IMG/VR virus record: IMGVR_UViG_3300030060_004050 | Coordinates: 1 to 64,000 of that record | DNA length: 64,000 nt | Direction: 5' to 3' (one strand) | Origin: a virus | Part shown: in pieces, positions 1 to 8,377 of the stretch | Position numbering within the stretch: position 1 is the stretch's first letter | Layout of the letters: each line of letters starts with the position of its first letter | The notes under the pieces: generated by a model | Databases searched by the model: none | What the model was told of the DNA's origin: nothing | Seen by the model: only the letters and a program-made list of their open reading frames with translations | Position numbers and translations under genes: made by a program

Positions 1-129
1 CTTCTCCTGCATGGAGATCTGGCGGAGTTCTGCACGGGAGAACTGAACCTTGTTGGTGTCGATACCCAGGCTGGGGGCGTGAGTAAGGATTGCGTTAACA
101 TATGCGGTCTGGCGCTTGGTAAGTGTCAT
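1..129 (-). CDS. Partial hypothetical protein running off the window start (MTLTKRQTAYVNAILTHAPSLGIDTNKVQFSRAELRQISMQEK...)
   Basis: Read by hand on the minus strand: GAAAGGA RBS, ATG at 129, frame open to base 1. It loosely resembles the N-terminal domain of the CobS-like ORF. Confidence 0.65.
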   Translation of the reverse strand, partial: MTLTKRQTAYVNAILTHAPSLGIDTNKVQFSRAELRQISMQEK

Positions 130-140
130 GTCGGTTCCTT

Positions 141-401
141 TCAAATAAACCTTCCGGAGGCATCCTCTTCCGCGAGGAATGCATAGGCCTCTGCGGTGAG
201 ACCTCCGGTTTCATCAAAAAATTCAATGGCGTCATCGCCAGTGATACCCATCTCGTAGGGATCACGTTCCAGTTCCTCCCAGTCCTCATCGTCGGACCAG
301 GGTTCGTCTTCATCATCATCGGGATCGGGGTCGGGGTAGAAGTCCTCGCACTGGATGTCGTCGAAGTCGTCCCAGGCGTCACGTTCGTTGATCATGCTCA
401 T
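141..401 (-). CDS. Small acidic hypothetical protein
   Basis: 86-aa D/E-rich ORF directly downstream of a sigma70-like promoter and co-oriented with its neighbours. Confidence 0.65.
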   Translation of the reverse strand: MSMINERDAWDDFDDIQCEDFYPDPDPDDDEDEPWSDDEDWEELERDPYEMGITGDDAIEFFDETGGLTAEAYAFLAEEDASGRFI

Positions 402-407
402 GGTGTA

Positions 408-435
408 ATTATACCTCCAGAAAGGGTCGAGTCAA
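408..435 (-). promoter_or_regulatory. Sigma70-like promoter TTGACT-N16-TATAAT
   Basis: Minus strand: TTGACT at 435-430, TATAAT at 413-408, ATG 6 nt downstream. Confidence 0.7.
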
Positions 436-442
436 GAAGAAA

Positions 443-949
443 TTAGCAAGAAACTGGAGATTCTTTGATTCGCCGGAATCCCAGTTCCATCAATGCATCC
501 CAGAATGATCTGGCACCTTCAAGGTGATGCCAGGACGTTCCCGTGGGTGCCGAGGAATCGCCGGACATGGGCTTCCAACTGGCAATTCCCTGATCAGCAT
601 ACACCCGGAAGATCCCACGGACATCATCGTTGATCAGTTCGTATACATCAGTGGCACCAGCAGCACCCACCCACGCAGCAGCCAAGTCGTTGTCCATCGT
701 ACCGATGAACCCGTTGGCCATCTTACGCTGGTTGATTTCGTGCAGACGCTTCAGGGTAACAGCAGGACTTGGCAAGTACCAGTACTTCTCGTTCGCATTC
801 CATTTAGCACCCCACCCCTTCACCTCGTCCTTATCGTCGAAGTGAACGGCCAGGCGAAGTCCCTCAGCAGGGATCCGGCCATGCGCCTCGTAGTCCCCTT
901 GGAGTTCACGGTAGTTTTCTTGGAATTTCTTTAGATCACGCTTGTTCAT
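443..949 (-). CDS. DUF5710-like domain protein
   Basis: The motif L.V.FDDKDEVKGWGAKWNANEKYWY matches the DUF5710 pattern from memory; TAAGGA RBS. Confidence 0.6.
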   Translation of the reverse strand: MNKRDLKKFQENYRELQGDYEAHGRIPAEGLRLAVHFDDKDEVKGWGAKWNANEKYWYLPSPAVTLKRLHEINQRKMANGFIGTMDNDLAAAWVGAAGATDVYELINDDVRGIFRVYADQGIASWKPMSGDSSAPTGTSWHHLEGARSFWDALMELGFRRIKESPVSC

Positions 950-1014
950 GGAGTTCCTTAATTAGCACATGGAGATGAAGCAGAGAATCGACAGGTAAAC
1001 TTCAAATCGTGTCA

Positions 1015-2265
1015 TCAGAAGGGGCACTCCGTGTCCGTGATAGTGGCAACCCCGTCCGCGTCTTCCAGCGACTCGGAGTCATTCATGTTGGCTTCTGCAT
1101 CCACCTTCCCGTAGAGGGAGAGGAATGCTTCCTTAGTGTCATCGTCGAACCGAGCAAGGCACATGGCAAGCGCCTTCTCCTTCTCACCGAAGATCTTCCA
1201 GGCGTTGACGATATCCACCAGACGGCGAGTCGAGATGATCTCGTCAACCGCACCCTCATAGAAGGACTTGCGGATGATCTCGCTCCACTGGGTCAGGTGG
1301 TCAGCGAAGGACTTATCGTCGCATCCCGCCTTGGCGAGAATCTTACGCTCGGTAGCCTTGGTGGGATAGGGCTGCTCAAGGGTCACCGGGAAGCGGTCGA
1401 GCATGGCTTCGTTCATGATACCAGTCCCGACGAATCGTCCGTCATCCGAACCCTTACCCTTGGTGTTGGCAGTGGCGAACACCGTGAAACCGGGAGCAGG
1501 AACAACCCACTCACCAGTCTTCTTGATGAACACACCCTTACCTTCCAGCACGGGCTGGAGACACATGAGGTTGGCAGAACCAAGGTCGATCTCGTCGAGG
1601 AGAAGAACACCACCGGACTTCATCGCGTTGACGACGGGTCCGTAGACAAACTTGGTCTCACCGTTCATGAGACGGAAACCACCGATCAGGTCATCCTCAT
1701 CGGTCTGCTTCGTAATGTTGACGCGGTAGCATTCACGCTTCTGCTTGGCGCAAACCTGCTCCACCATGAGGGTCTTACCGTTACCGGAGAGTCCGGTGAC
1801 GAAGATCGGGTAGAACTGGCGCGACTTGACGATCTTCTCGACATCAGTGAAGTGTCCCCAAGCAACGTAACCATCGAAGCGAGGCGGGACGAGAGTGGCT
1901 CGTTCACCACCAGTCATTCCCATAGTCATCGCAGCGATGGTCGAAGTAGCGGCGGTCTCAACCGCACCCTGAACCGGCGCACTGGAACACTGATCGTTGG
2001 TCGTATTGCCTACAGTGTTCGCAACCGGAGCAGGGGCGGGAGACGCAGCAGCACCCGAACCGGCGACCTCAGCCAGTTCGGGGCAATCGTAGAGTCCACG
2101 CCCGACTTTGCGGGTCGAGTCTTGAGTGAGCCAGGACGGAGGGCAAGCGTAAGCACCGGAGGCCTCGCAGGCCTCGACGAGTTCCTGGCGGGAGACGGGA
2201 GAAGTCGCACCCATATCGGCGAGGGCGCGGAGAAGATCAATTTGTCGTGGTTTGAGGTTGTTCAT
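1015..2265 (-). CDS. cobS: CobS-like / MoxR-family AAA+ ATPase
   Basis: Walker A GLSGNGKT, Walker B LLLDEID, ATANTKG and LDRF motifs. Start placed at ATG 2265 after the TAAGGA RBS (the ORF track begins at an upstream TTG). Confidence 0.88.
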   Translation of the reverse strand: MNNLKPRQIDLLRALADMGATSPVSRQELVEACEASGAYACPPSWLTQDSTRKVGRGLYDCPELAEVAGSGAAASPAPAPVANTVGNTTNDQCSSAPVQGAVETAATSTIAAMTMGMTGGERATLVPPRFDGYVAWGHFTDVEKIVKSRQFYPIFVTGLSGNGKTLMVEQVCAKQKRECYRVNITKQTDEDDLIGGFRLMNGETKFVYGPVVNAMKSGGVLLLDEIDLGSANLMCLQPVLEGKGVFIKKTGEWVVPAPGFTVFATANTKGKGSDDGRFVGTGIMNEAMLDRFPVTLEQPYPTKATERKILAKAGCDDKSFADHLTQWSEIIRKSFYEGAVDEIISTRRLVDIVNAWKIFGEKEKALAMCLARFDDDTKEAFLSLYGKVDAEANMNDSESLEDADGVATITDTECPF

Positions 2266-2323
2266 GGTCAAAATTCCTTATCGGACAGAGGAGGTCATGT
2301 CTCGGAATCGTCCCGAGAACATG

Positions 2324-2367
2324 TTAATTATACCACATGGCCGCCCCGGCGCAAGTACTTGTACCCA
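2324..2367 (-). promoter_or_regulatory. Early-type promoter for the cobS-like gene (TTGCGC-N16-TATAAT, extended -10)
   Basis: 44-bp element, 33/44 identical to the divergent element at 2611-2654. Confidence 0.7.
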
Positions 2368-2480
2368 TTTTTCGGTGTTTTTCTTGAGAAAACTGACAGA
2401 TCCTGTCAGTTTACGCCTAAATCCAGATATTATAGGGACTTACAAAAACCCCTCTGGCAGGGCGAAAACGGGGGTTTTAT

Positions 2481-2500
2481 CTGTCCACAAGTTATCCACA
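2481..2500 (+). promoter_or_regulatory. DnaA box (TTATCCACA) with an adjacent degenerate box
   Basis: Perfect TTATCCACA at 2492-2500 and CTGTCCACA at 2481-2489, in a 240-bp non-coding gap. Confidence 0.5.
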
Positions 2501-2610
2501 ATTACCCTAACAGCACCCTAACCGTGATAGTACGTCCGATAACCCCTATAGGGGACGTAAGTCCGGTAATGGCAGGGGTTTAAAAAAAGATGCAAAAAAA
2601 CCCCTAAAAA

Positions 2611-2654
2611 TGGACACAAGCACTTGCATGGGGGCCGATATATGGTACAATTAA
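2611..2654 (+). promoter_or_regulatory. Early-type promoter for the cobT-like gene (TTGCAT-N16-TACAAT, extended -10)
   Basis: TTGCAT at 2624-2629, TGG-TACAAT at 2643-2651; twin of the element at 2324-2367. Confidence 0.7.
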
Positions 2655-2658
2655 GTAT

Positions 2659-4998
2659 ATGAGTCACCGAAAAACCACTACCGTTTCAACGTCCAATAAG
2701 TCCTCTAAGGATATCCTTGCCCGTGCGATGGCGCAGGAGGATATCTTCGTCGAGCATTCCGCCCAGGCGGAAACTGCTGCCTTCGACGTTGCGAATCGTC
2801 GCCTGATTCTTCCCGTGTGGAAGGACATGGATGACGCCCTTTACGATATGCTCGTCGGGCACGAAGTCTCTCACGCCCTGCATACTCCTGCTACTGGTTG
2901 GCAGGAGTTTGTTGGTAATGGACCTCAGTCCGGTGTGCGTCACATGTTCGTCAACGTTGTCGAAGACGCCCGTATCGAACGAATGATCAAGGCGAAGTTC
3001 CCCGGACTTCGACGCGACTTCTCGTCCGCTTACGCTTCGCTTCACGAACGTGACCTCTTCCAGATTACTGGTAAGGATCTCACCGATCTCCCGCTGATCG
3101 ACCGACTCAATCTTCACTTCAAGATTGGTTTGTTCGGACTTGAAACTATCACGTTCGCCGCTGACGAGAAGCAGTACGTCACTCGCATGGAAAACACCAC
3201 GACCTTCGAAGAGGTTGTCGAACTTGCTCAGGAACTCTACGACCTGTGGAAGGAAGACCAGCCAGAAGCAGAAGAGGAGAACGGTGACGAAAACGAAAGC
3301 GTCGAGTCTCCCGAAGGTGGTGAGGGTGAAGGACCCTCGAGCGAGTCCGGCGAACAAGAGCAGGACGGACCTCAGGGTAACGGTGCCACTGGTGGTGAGT
3401 CCGATGAGGGAGAAGAAGAAGGCGAGACCGGTGAGGGTGGTTCCGGTGAGGGTGACGGAGAAGAGTCCGAAGGTGACGGTGAGTCCGGTTCGCCTTCCGG
3501 TGGTGAAGACTCCGGTGAATCGATGGAAGACGATACCGACGATGGTTCGTCCGCCGAAGGTGAGGAGTCAACCGCTGACGGGACTGGTTCGCAGTCCGGA
3601 CGATACGACGACTACCAGAACGGTGTTTCCCAGCCCGGTGCCACTCAGGCTGCCATGGAGCAGGGAGTGAACGATCTCCGCGACGAGTACGCGAGAGACT
3701 ATGCCTACTTCGATCTTCCGACTCCCGATCTCAACAACATCGTCATCACTCCGAAGCAGATTGCTGCCGAGTTCGAAACCATTTCCGATTCGGTTTGGAA
3801 CCGCGAAGATCAGGTTAAGGCACGACAGGATGTCGATGCTCAACTCAAGACCTACCGAAACTCGATCAAGGGTACGGTTGCTCAGATGGTTCAGCAGTTC
3901 CAGATGAAGCAAGCCGCTGACGCCAGCAAGCGAACCGAAGTCGCCAAGACTGGTGTTCTCGATCCCGTCTCCATGATCAACTATCGCTGGAGTGAGGACA
4001 TCTTCCTCAAGAACGAGACTCACGCCGCTGGTAAGAACCACGGTATGATCATCTACCTTGACTGGAGCGGTTCGATGGTGGACATCTTCGACGATACCAT
4101 GGACCAGTTGCTGGTGCTGGTGGAGTTCTGCCGCAAGGTTAACATCCCGTTCGAAGTCTTCGCTTTCTCCTCGCAGGAAGCAGCGTCCTTCGCTGGTGTT
4201 GATCGTTACGACTGGGAAGCCCAGAAGAAGTGGGGCGAAGAAAACCCCAGTTGGAACGGTGGTGAAGATATGCGGATTCACGGTTTCTGCCTTCTGAATC
4301 TTCTCTCTTCCACCATGAAGAAGCGAGACTTTGAGTCTGCACTGACCAACCTTTGGTATCTCCGATCCTACAACGGACCTGGACGATACAACGGGAACTA
4401 CGCGGTGACTTGTCCCGGAACCCTTTCGCTGGGTTCGACTCCTCTGAACGAATCGGTTCTCTGCGCCATGAAGCAGGTTCCCGCCTTCAAGAACGCCAAC
4501 GGTGTGCAGATCGTCAACTGTGTGTTCCTGACTGACGGTGACGGTTCTTCGATCCTCCCCTATTGCAGTGCCACTACCGTCCTGCGAGATCCCAAGACTC
4601 GTAAGACTGCTACCATCGACCGAGGACGACGAGAAACCGACAACCTGATCGGAATGCTGCGGGAGTCCACTGGTGCGAACTGCATCGGTATCCGTCTCCA
4701 CAACGCCAAGAACGTGAACAACATGGTTCGGTATGCTGACGGAATCACCATGGAGCAAGCCGAGATGATGAACAAGAATTACAAGACTCAGAACTTCTGC
4801 GTCTGGCCGGACACCAACTACAACGAGTCCTTCATCATCAAGGGTAACACCGAAGTCCAGACGGATGCGATGGACAACCTCGACGGAGACGCCAGCATGA
4901 CCAAGATCAAGAATGCGTTCATGAAGGGTGGTAAGTCCAAGAAGAGCAGTCGAGTGATTGCCAACCGAATGGTGGACATCTTCTCAGTCGCATCATGA
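2659..4998 (+). CDS. CobT-like protein: N-terminal zincin (HExxH) domain, acidic linker, C-terminal VWA/MIDAS domain
   Basis: HEVSH and VNVVEDARIER in the N-terminal domain, a long E/G/S/D-rich linker, MIDAS motifs DWSGS and FLTDG; adjacent to a MoxR-type ATPase. Confidence 0.8.
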   Translation: MSHRKTTTVSTSNKSSKDILARAMAQEDIFVEHSAQAETAAFDVANRRLILPVWKDMDDALYDMLVGHEVSHALHTPATGWQEFVGNGPQSGVRHMFVNVVEDARIERMIKAKFPGLRRDFSSAYASLHERDLFQITGKDLTDLPLIDRLNLHFKIGLFGLETITFAADEKQYVTRMENTTTFEEVVELAQELYDLWKEDQPEAEEENGDENESVESPEGGEGEGPSSESGEQEQDGPQGNGATGGESDEGEEEGETGEGGSGEGDGEESEGDGESGSPSGGEDSGESMEDDTDDGSSAEGEESTADGTGSQSGRYDDYQNGVSQPGATQAAMEQGVNDLRDEYARDYAYFDLPTPDLNNIVITPKQIAAEFETISDSVWNREDQVKARQDVDAQLKTYRNSIKGTVAQMVQQFQMKQAADASKRTEVAKTGVLDPVSMINYRWSEDIFLKNETHAAGKNHGMIIYLDWSGSMVDIFDDTMDQLLVLVEFCRKVNIPFEVFAFSSQEAASFAGVDRYDWEAQKKWGEENPSWNGGEDMRIHGFCLLNLLSSTMKKRDFESALTNLWYLRSYNGPGRYNGNYAVTCPGTLSLGSTPLNESVLCAMKQVPAFKNANGVQIVNCVFLTDGDGSSILPYCSATTVLRDPKTRKTATIDRGRRETDNLIGMLRESTGANCIGIRLHNAKNVNNMVRYADGITMEQAEMMNKNYKTQNFCVWPDTNYNESFIIKGNTEVQTDAMDNLDGDASMTKIKNAFMKGGKSKKSSRVIANRMVDIFSVAS

Positions 4999-5037
4999 CT
5001 CTCACAGGATAGAGTCCAATGGATTCTCCTGTTTAAC

Positions 5038-5079
5038 GTCCCCCGTACTTAGTGACTCAGGTGCGGGGGACATCTTTTT
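5038..5079 (+). terminator. Rho-independent terminator
   Basis: GTCCCCCGTAC/GTGCGGGGGAC stem followed by a T tract, after the cobT-like stop. Confidence 0.7.
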
Positions 5080-5125
5080 ACTATCACGCCGGCGTATATG
5101 CACCTATATAGTATAGGAGTACGTT

Positions 5126-5413
5126 ATGCCACGACAGAAGAAACAATCGGTAGACTACAGTGTAGTAAAGGTAGAATGGTTGGATGCTGAAGAGAATGGT
5201 GATGTGGGGTGGAATGATCTGAAGAAACAGTTGGCACACGCCAAGAAACCATGTCCGCTTATGAAGAGTGTTGGGTTCTTAGTGTTCGAGGGTGAAGAAC
5301 ACATTGCGATACTCAGCACGATTGGTCCAGACGAGGCGAGTACGCTTGAGAAGATCCCGAAGAGTTTCATCAAGTCTATTACCCATCTAGTACCCCAAAC
5401 TAAGGCAAAGTAA
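5126..5413 (+). CDS. Hypothetical phage protein (V.V.W.DA ... SVGFL ... IP family)
   Basis: AGGAG RBS; 95 aa; motif pattern typical of small phage proteins. Confidence 0.7.
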   Translation: MPRQKKQSVDYSVVKVEWLDAEENGDVGWNDLKKQLAHAKKPCPLMKSVGFLVFEGEEHIAILSTIGPDEASTLEKIPKSFIKSITHLVPQTKAK

Positions 5414-5459
5414 TGCGCCTTATGCCTCGACAAACCTATTAAAATAATATTAAATTAAT

Positions 5460-5491
5460 TAAAAACCCTCCTGGCACTACGCCAAGAGGGT
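5460..5491 (-). terminator. Terminator downstream of the Flp pilin
   Basis: ACCCTC-TGGC...GCCA-GAGGGT stem; the A run at 5460-5465 gives a U tail on the minus strand. Confidence 0.55.
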
Positions 5492-5514
5492 CTCTATTTT
5501 CGTGTTATGTGGGT

Positions 5515-5712
5515 TTACCCGCCTCCACCTACGCTACCATCAGAGGCAACATTAAGTGCTTCAGTCATCTCTTGAAACTTTGCGGTCTGCCCGTCACGCA
5601 CTGCCTTAACAGCACCGATTGAACCCGCACCCATTACAGTACCAAGGATCATATACTCTGCGACTTGCATACCCTCTTCGTCTCGTAAAAACTTCTTAAT
5701 TGCTTCAAACAT
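5515..5712 (-). CDS. flp: Flp/Fap (type IVb/Tad) prepilin
   Basis: 65 aa; leader KFLRDEEG, then G|MQVAEY with E+5/Y+6, followed by a hydrophobic helix. GAAAGGA RBS, with CATAAATA upstream at 5748-5755. Confidence 0.8.
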   Translation of the reverse strand: MFEAIKKFLRDEEGMQVAEYMILGTVMGAGSIGAVKAVRDGQTAKFQEMTEALNVASDGSVGGGG

Positions 5713-5760
5713 TTAGTTTTCCTTTCTAACTATTTTGTTTTTTCTTTTATTTATGTGGGT

Positions 5761-6423
5761 TCACCTAAAAGGTAGACCTAAGTTGTTTAGGAAATCTAAT
5801 ATTGTCCACAATGTGTTGTAGTATTCTTGACTTAGGAAGATGGCGTCTGGACTTACTGCATTATTTTGTCCAAATTGAAGTACTCCATCCACATTCTCAA
5901 TAGTAAATGCTCCATTGGGTCCAAACAGGACATTTAAGTCACCCATACCACCAGGCGAGTGTTCTCTGAGGAAGTTAAACAAATCATTCACAATATCTCC
6001 CGTATAATCTCCCTGAAGGAATGATCTTTCCGCCCACCTAAGAAAGTCTAGAACCATTCGAACACTTTCGGCGTTTCCTACGTCCAACAAACCTTCAATT
6101 TCAGTTAAAAATGCCTCCCACAAGTTGTTCCATGGTACACCACCACCAGTCCACCAGTCTGGAGGCATTCCCATTATTCTCGATAGGTTTCCCATAATTC
6201 TTTCCCATACTGGATTGTCCATGATATGTCTACCAATGGAAAATCCAGAATCCGAATCCATGGGTCCAGTTAATCTTCCTTTTGGAAAGTTTGGTTCTGG
6301 TGTTGGACGACCTCCACCACCACCACCATCTGCAATGCGAAGCAATCTACCAAGCACTCTTCCGAGTTGCTCATTTAGACCTTGTTGCTTGTCAAAATTG
6401 TCGTATTTTTCGTAAAGATTCAT
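5761..6423 (-). CDS. Putative head-internal (gp21-processed) protein
   Basis: Leader MNLYEKY...GLNE|Q, then a cationic amphipathic helix and a Gly/Pro linker. Confidence 0.6.
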   Translation of the reverse strand: MNLYEKYDNFDKQQGLNEQLGRVLGRLLRIADGGGGGGRPTPEPNFPKGRLTGPMDSDSGFSIGRHIMDNPVWERIMGNLSRIMGMPPDWWTGGGVPWNNLWEAFLTEIEGLLDVGNAESVRMVLDFLRWAERSFLQGDYTGDIVNDLFNFLREHSPGGMGDLNVLFGPNGAFTIENVDGVLQFGQNNAVSPDAIFLSQEYYNTLWTILDFLNNLGLPFR

Positions 6424-6995
6424 GGTAGTGGGTTACCATATCCGTTTTCTAGGATATCAATCATGATGTCTATGAGTCCGTCTACGATACCAAGGATACC
6501 CTCCATGTAGATCTGAAGTTGTTGATCAATTGCAGGATCGGTGTGGTGGAAGAATATTCTTCCGGCGTCTACATCCCAACTGATGGTTATATCCATGTCG
6601 TACAGATAGTCGAGTAATGAATTTGCAGCAGCCTCACTTGCTGAGTTTGGAGTTCCCATTATTTTTCTCAACATCATTCTGAATGCAAGAAATGCGTCTT
6701 CATGTAGTTGAAAGAGACCTGGGAAAATGTTGGGGAGATTGTTGTAGTATTGTTCTGCAACTTCCCGAAGCATACCTAGAATTTCATCAGCATAACCGGG
6801 GTTTACCAGTGAGTCAGGTTTGAAACCTGATTCTGGTTTTGGTTTTGGTGTACGAGGACCTCTTGGTGGTCTTCCACCAACAATTGGAGGAGAAGGCCTT
6901 CTTGGGATTAAGTCACCAAGATATCTGACGAGTCTACCTAAGGCTTGTTCATCTAACTCTATAAATTCTTTAAATGTGTACATTTTTTTATCCAT
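6420..6995 (-). CDS. Putative head-internal protein
   Basis: Leader MYTFKEFIELDE|Q resembles the T4 capsid-targeting sequence MKTYQEFIAE. Confidence 0.6.
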   Translation of the reverse strand: MDKKMYTFKEFIELDEQALGRLVRYLGDLIPRRPSPPIVGGRPPRGPRTPKPKPESGFKPDSLVNPGYADEILGMLREVAEQYYNNLPNIFPGLFQLHEDAFLAFRMMLRKIMGTPNSASEAAANSLLDYLYDMDITISWDVDAGRIFFHHTDPAIDQQLQIYMEGILGIVDGLIDIMIDILENGYGNPLP

Positions 6996-7442
6996 TTATC
7001 CAAACATTTCGTCCAAGTAGTTTCGAATGTCCATCGGGTTGTTTGGATCTGGAGGTCCCATCAAAGGAGATCCCGGCGTTCCAACAGGAGGATCGCCAGT
7101 AATAGGTCCGACAAATCCAGCAGGAACCTCTCCGTAGGGGTTGGAACCGGGAGGACGAGGAGATGCTTGATCAATAAGATCCAAAAGAGATGCGTCATCA
7201 AGATTTGCGTTGTTTGGATCGGTGATAATGTCAACAATCTTGTCTATTTCGGGATCAATTTCAACATCAATATCTGGACCTCGAACAATTCGTTTAACAG
7301 CACGAATTAAAGTCCTGATTAAGTTCTCTTGTAGATAAATGACTTCTTCATTTAACGTATTGTTACGTTTAGCGACGGCTTCTCTTAATTGCTTAAGCAA
7401 AGTTTGTCGATTCCAATTATCGTACTTACCATATAAGTTCAT
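6996..7442 (-). CDS. Putative head-internal protein
   Basis: Start reassigned to ATG 7442 (MNLYGKYDNW, paralogous to the 5761-6423 leader); TATACATA upstream at 7464-7471. Confidence 0.6.
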   Translation of the reverse strand: MNLYGKYDNWNRQTLLKQLREAVAKRNNTLNEEVIYLQENLIRTLIRAVKRIVRGPDIDVEIDPEIDKIVDIITDPNNANLDDASLLDLIDQASPRPPGSNPYGEVPAGFVGPITGDPPVGTPGSPLMGPPDPNNPMDIRNYLDEMFG

Positions 7443-7502
7443 AACTGTCTCCCAGTGGTACAATATGTATACGGCATATATATTTGATATTGGAGAGAAA
7501 AC

Positions 7503-8135
7503 ATGTCCACACCATTTCAAAAATATCTGATTGAACAACTACAAACGGTTCCGAATATCAAACCCTACGATATGGATGGGGATGGTGTCCCTGATCTCAT
7601 TCAAAAACCAGTGGAGCCAGTGAAAGATCCGTTTCCTGGCATAGATGATGACTATTGGAATCCTCCAATGGCTCCCCCTGACATTGATGATATCATGTAC
7701 GCATATCCAGATTTGTTTAATGAGGTAATGCAGGAGTTTGCAGATTGGATAATTGAAAACTTTGCTCAGGGAAATCCAACCATCACTCGGTTGATGAGAC
7801 TTTTTGGATACGGACCAGAAGATCTTTTGAATGCTAATTTAACCGGACAGCAAATTTTAGAAAGTATCATATATGTGATTCAAAACTGGGGAGATCCTAG
7901 TGTTGGTGGACAACTTCCTGACTTCCCGTTTAGAGGACCTATCATGACTGGAAATCTTGGTTCCGGTGAAGGATTTGGTGGTTTGTTCGGAACTGTTTCC
8001 AATCTTCTCAACGACTACTTGGATCAAATCATGGATGGTACGCTTTACGGAGATGATCCCCAAACGGCAGATTACATTGCACAATTCTTGCAAATGTTAA
8101 TCGATGCAATCAATCAACAAGAAGGAAATCCGTAA
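7503..8135 (+). CDS. Putative head-internal protein with a DxDxDG loop
   Basis: Leader MSTPFQKYLIE|Q; contains DMDGDGVPD; GGAG RBS. Confidence 0.6.
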   Translation: MSTPFQKYLIEQLQTVPNIKPYDMDGDGVPDLIQKPVEPVKDPFPGIDDDYWNPPMAPPDIDDIMYAYPDLFNEVMQEFADWIIENFAQGNPTITRLMRLFGYGPEDLLNANLTGQQILESIIYVIQNWGDPSVGGQLPDFPFRGPIMTGNLGSGEGFGGLFGTVSNLLNDYLDQIMDGTLYGDDPQTADYIAQFLQMLIDAINQQEGNP

Positions 8136-8146
8136 ACTTTTCTGGT

Positions 8147-8154
8147 TATACATA
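8147..8154 (+). promoter_or_regulatory. Late-promoter-like TATACATA (representative of a recurring motif)
   Basis: The same octamer lies upstream of genes at 9429, 14033, 38571 and 54731 on plus, and at 7464, 13989, 19331 and 24948 on minus. It differs by one base from the T4 late promoter TATAAATA. Confidence 0.65.
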
Positions 8155-8182
8155 AAACAGACACACTTTCAAGGAGAAACTT

Positions 8183-8374
8183 ATGTCATTTTACATCAAC
8201 GAATTCAAACAACATCTCGCTGACGTTGCTAAGAAGGTAGATCGTCCATACGACGAACCAGCATCACGACGACAGATGCAAGAGACTCGCACCGTGGGCG
8301 AAGTCTATGCTTCAATGCCTAAAAGACCAGTTCCTCAGCACCTAATGGAACAAATTACAAAGCAAAGAAGTTGA
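8183..8374 (+). CDS. Hypothetical protein
   Basis: 63 aa, AAGGAG RBS, TATACATA upstream. Confidence 0.6.
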   Translation: MSFYINEFKQHLADVAKKVDRPYDEPASRRQMQETRTVGEVYASMPKRPVPQHLMEQITKQRS

Positions 8375-8377
8375 AAC

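Noticed and set aside
1015-2265. Cobalamin-biosynthesis auxiliary metabolic gene
   Set aside because: The sequence supports only a MoxR-type AAA+ ATPase, and no cobN or other cob genes are in the window.
1009-4758. Long opposite-strand ORFs (1009-2583, 2686-3357, 3568-4758 and others)
   Set aside because: These are antisense shadows of the motif-bearing cobS/cobT-like genes, expected in GC-rich coding DNA, with no RBS or motifs.
7443-7538. Extended N-terminus of ORF 6996-7538
   Set aside because: It overlaps the divergent ORF and contains the promoter motif. The paralogous leader starts at 7442.
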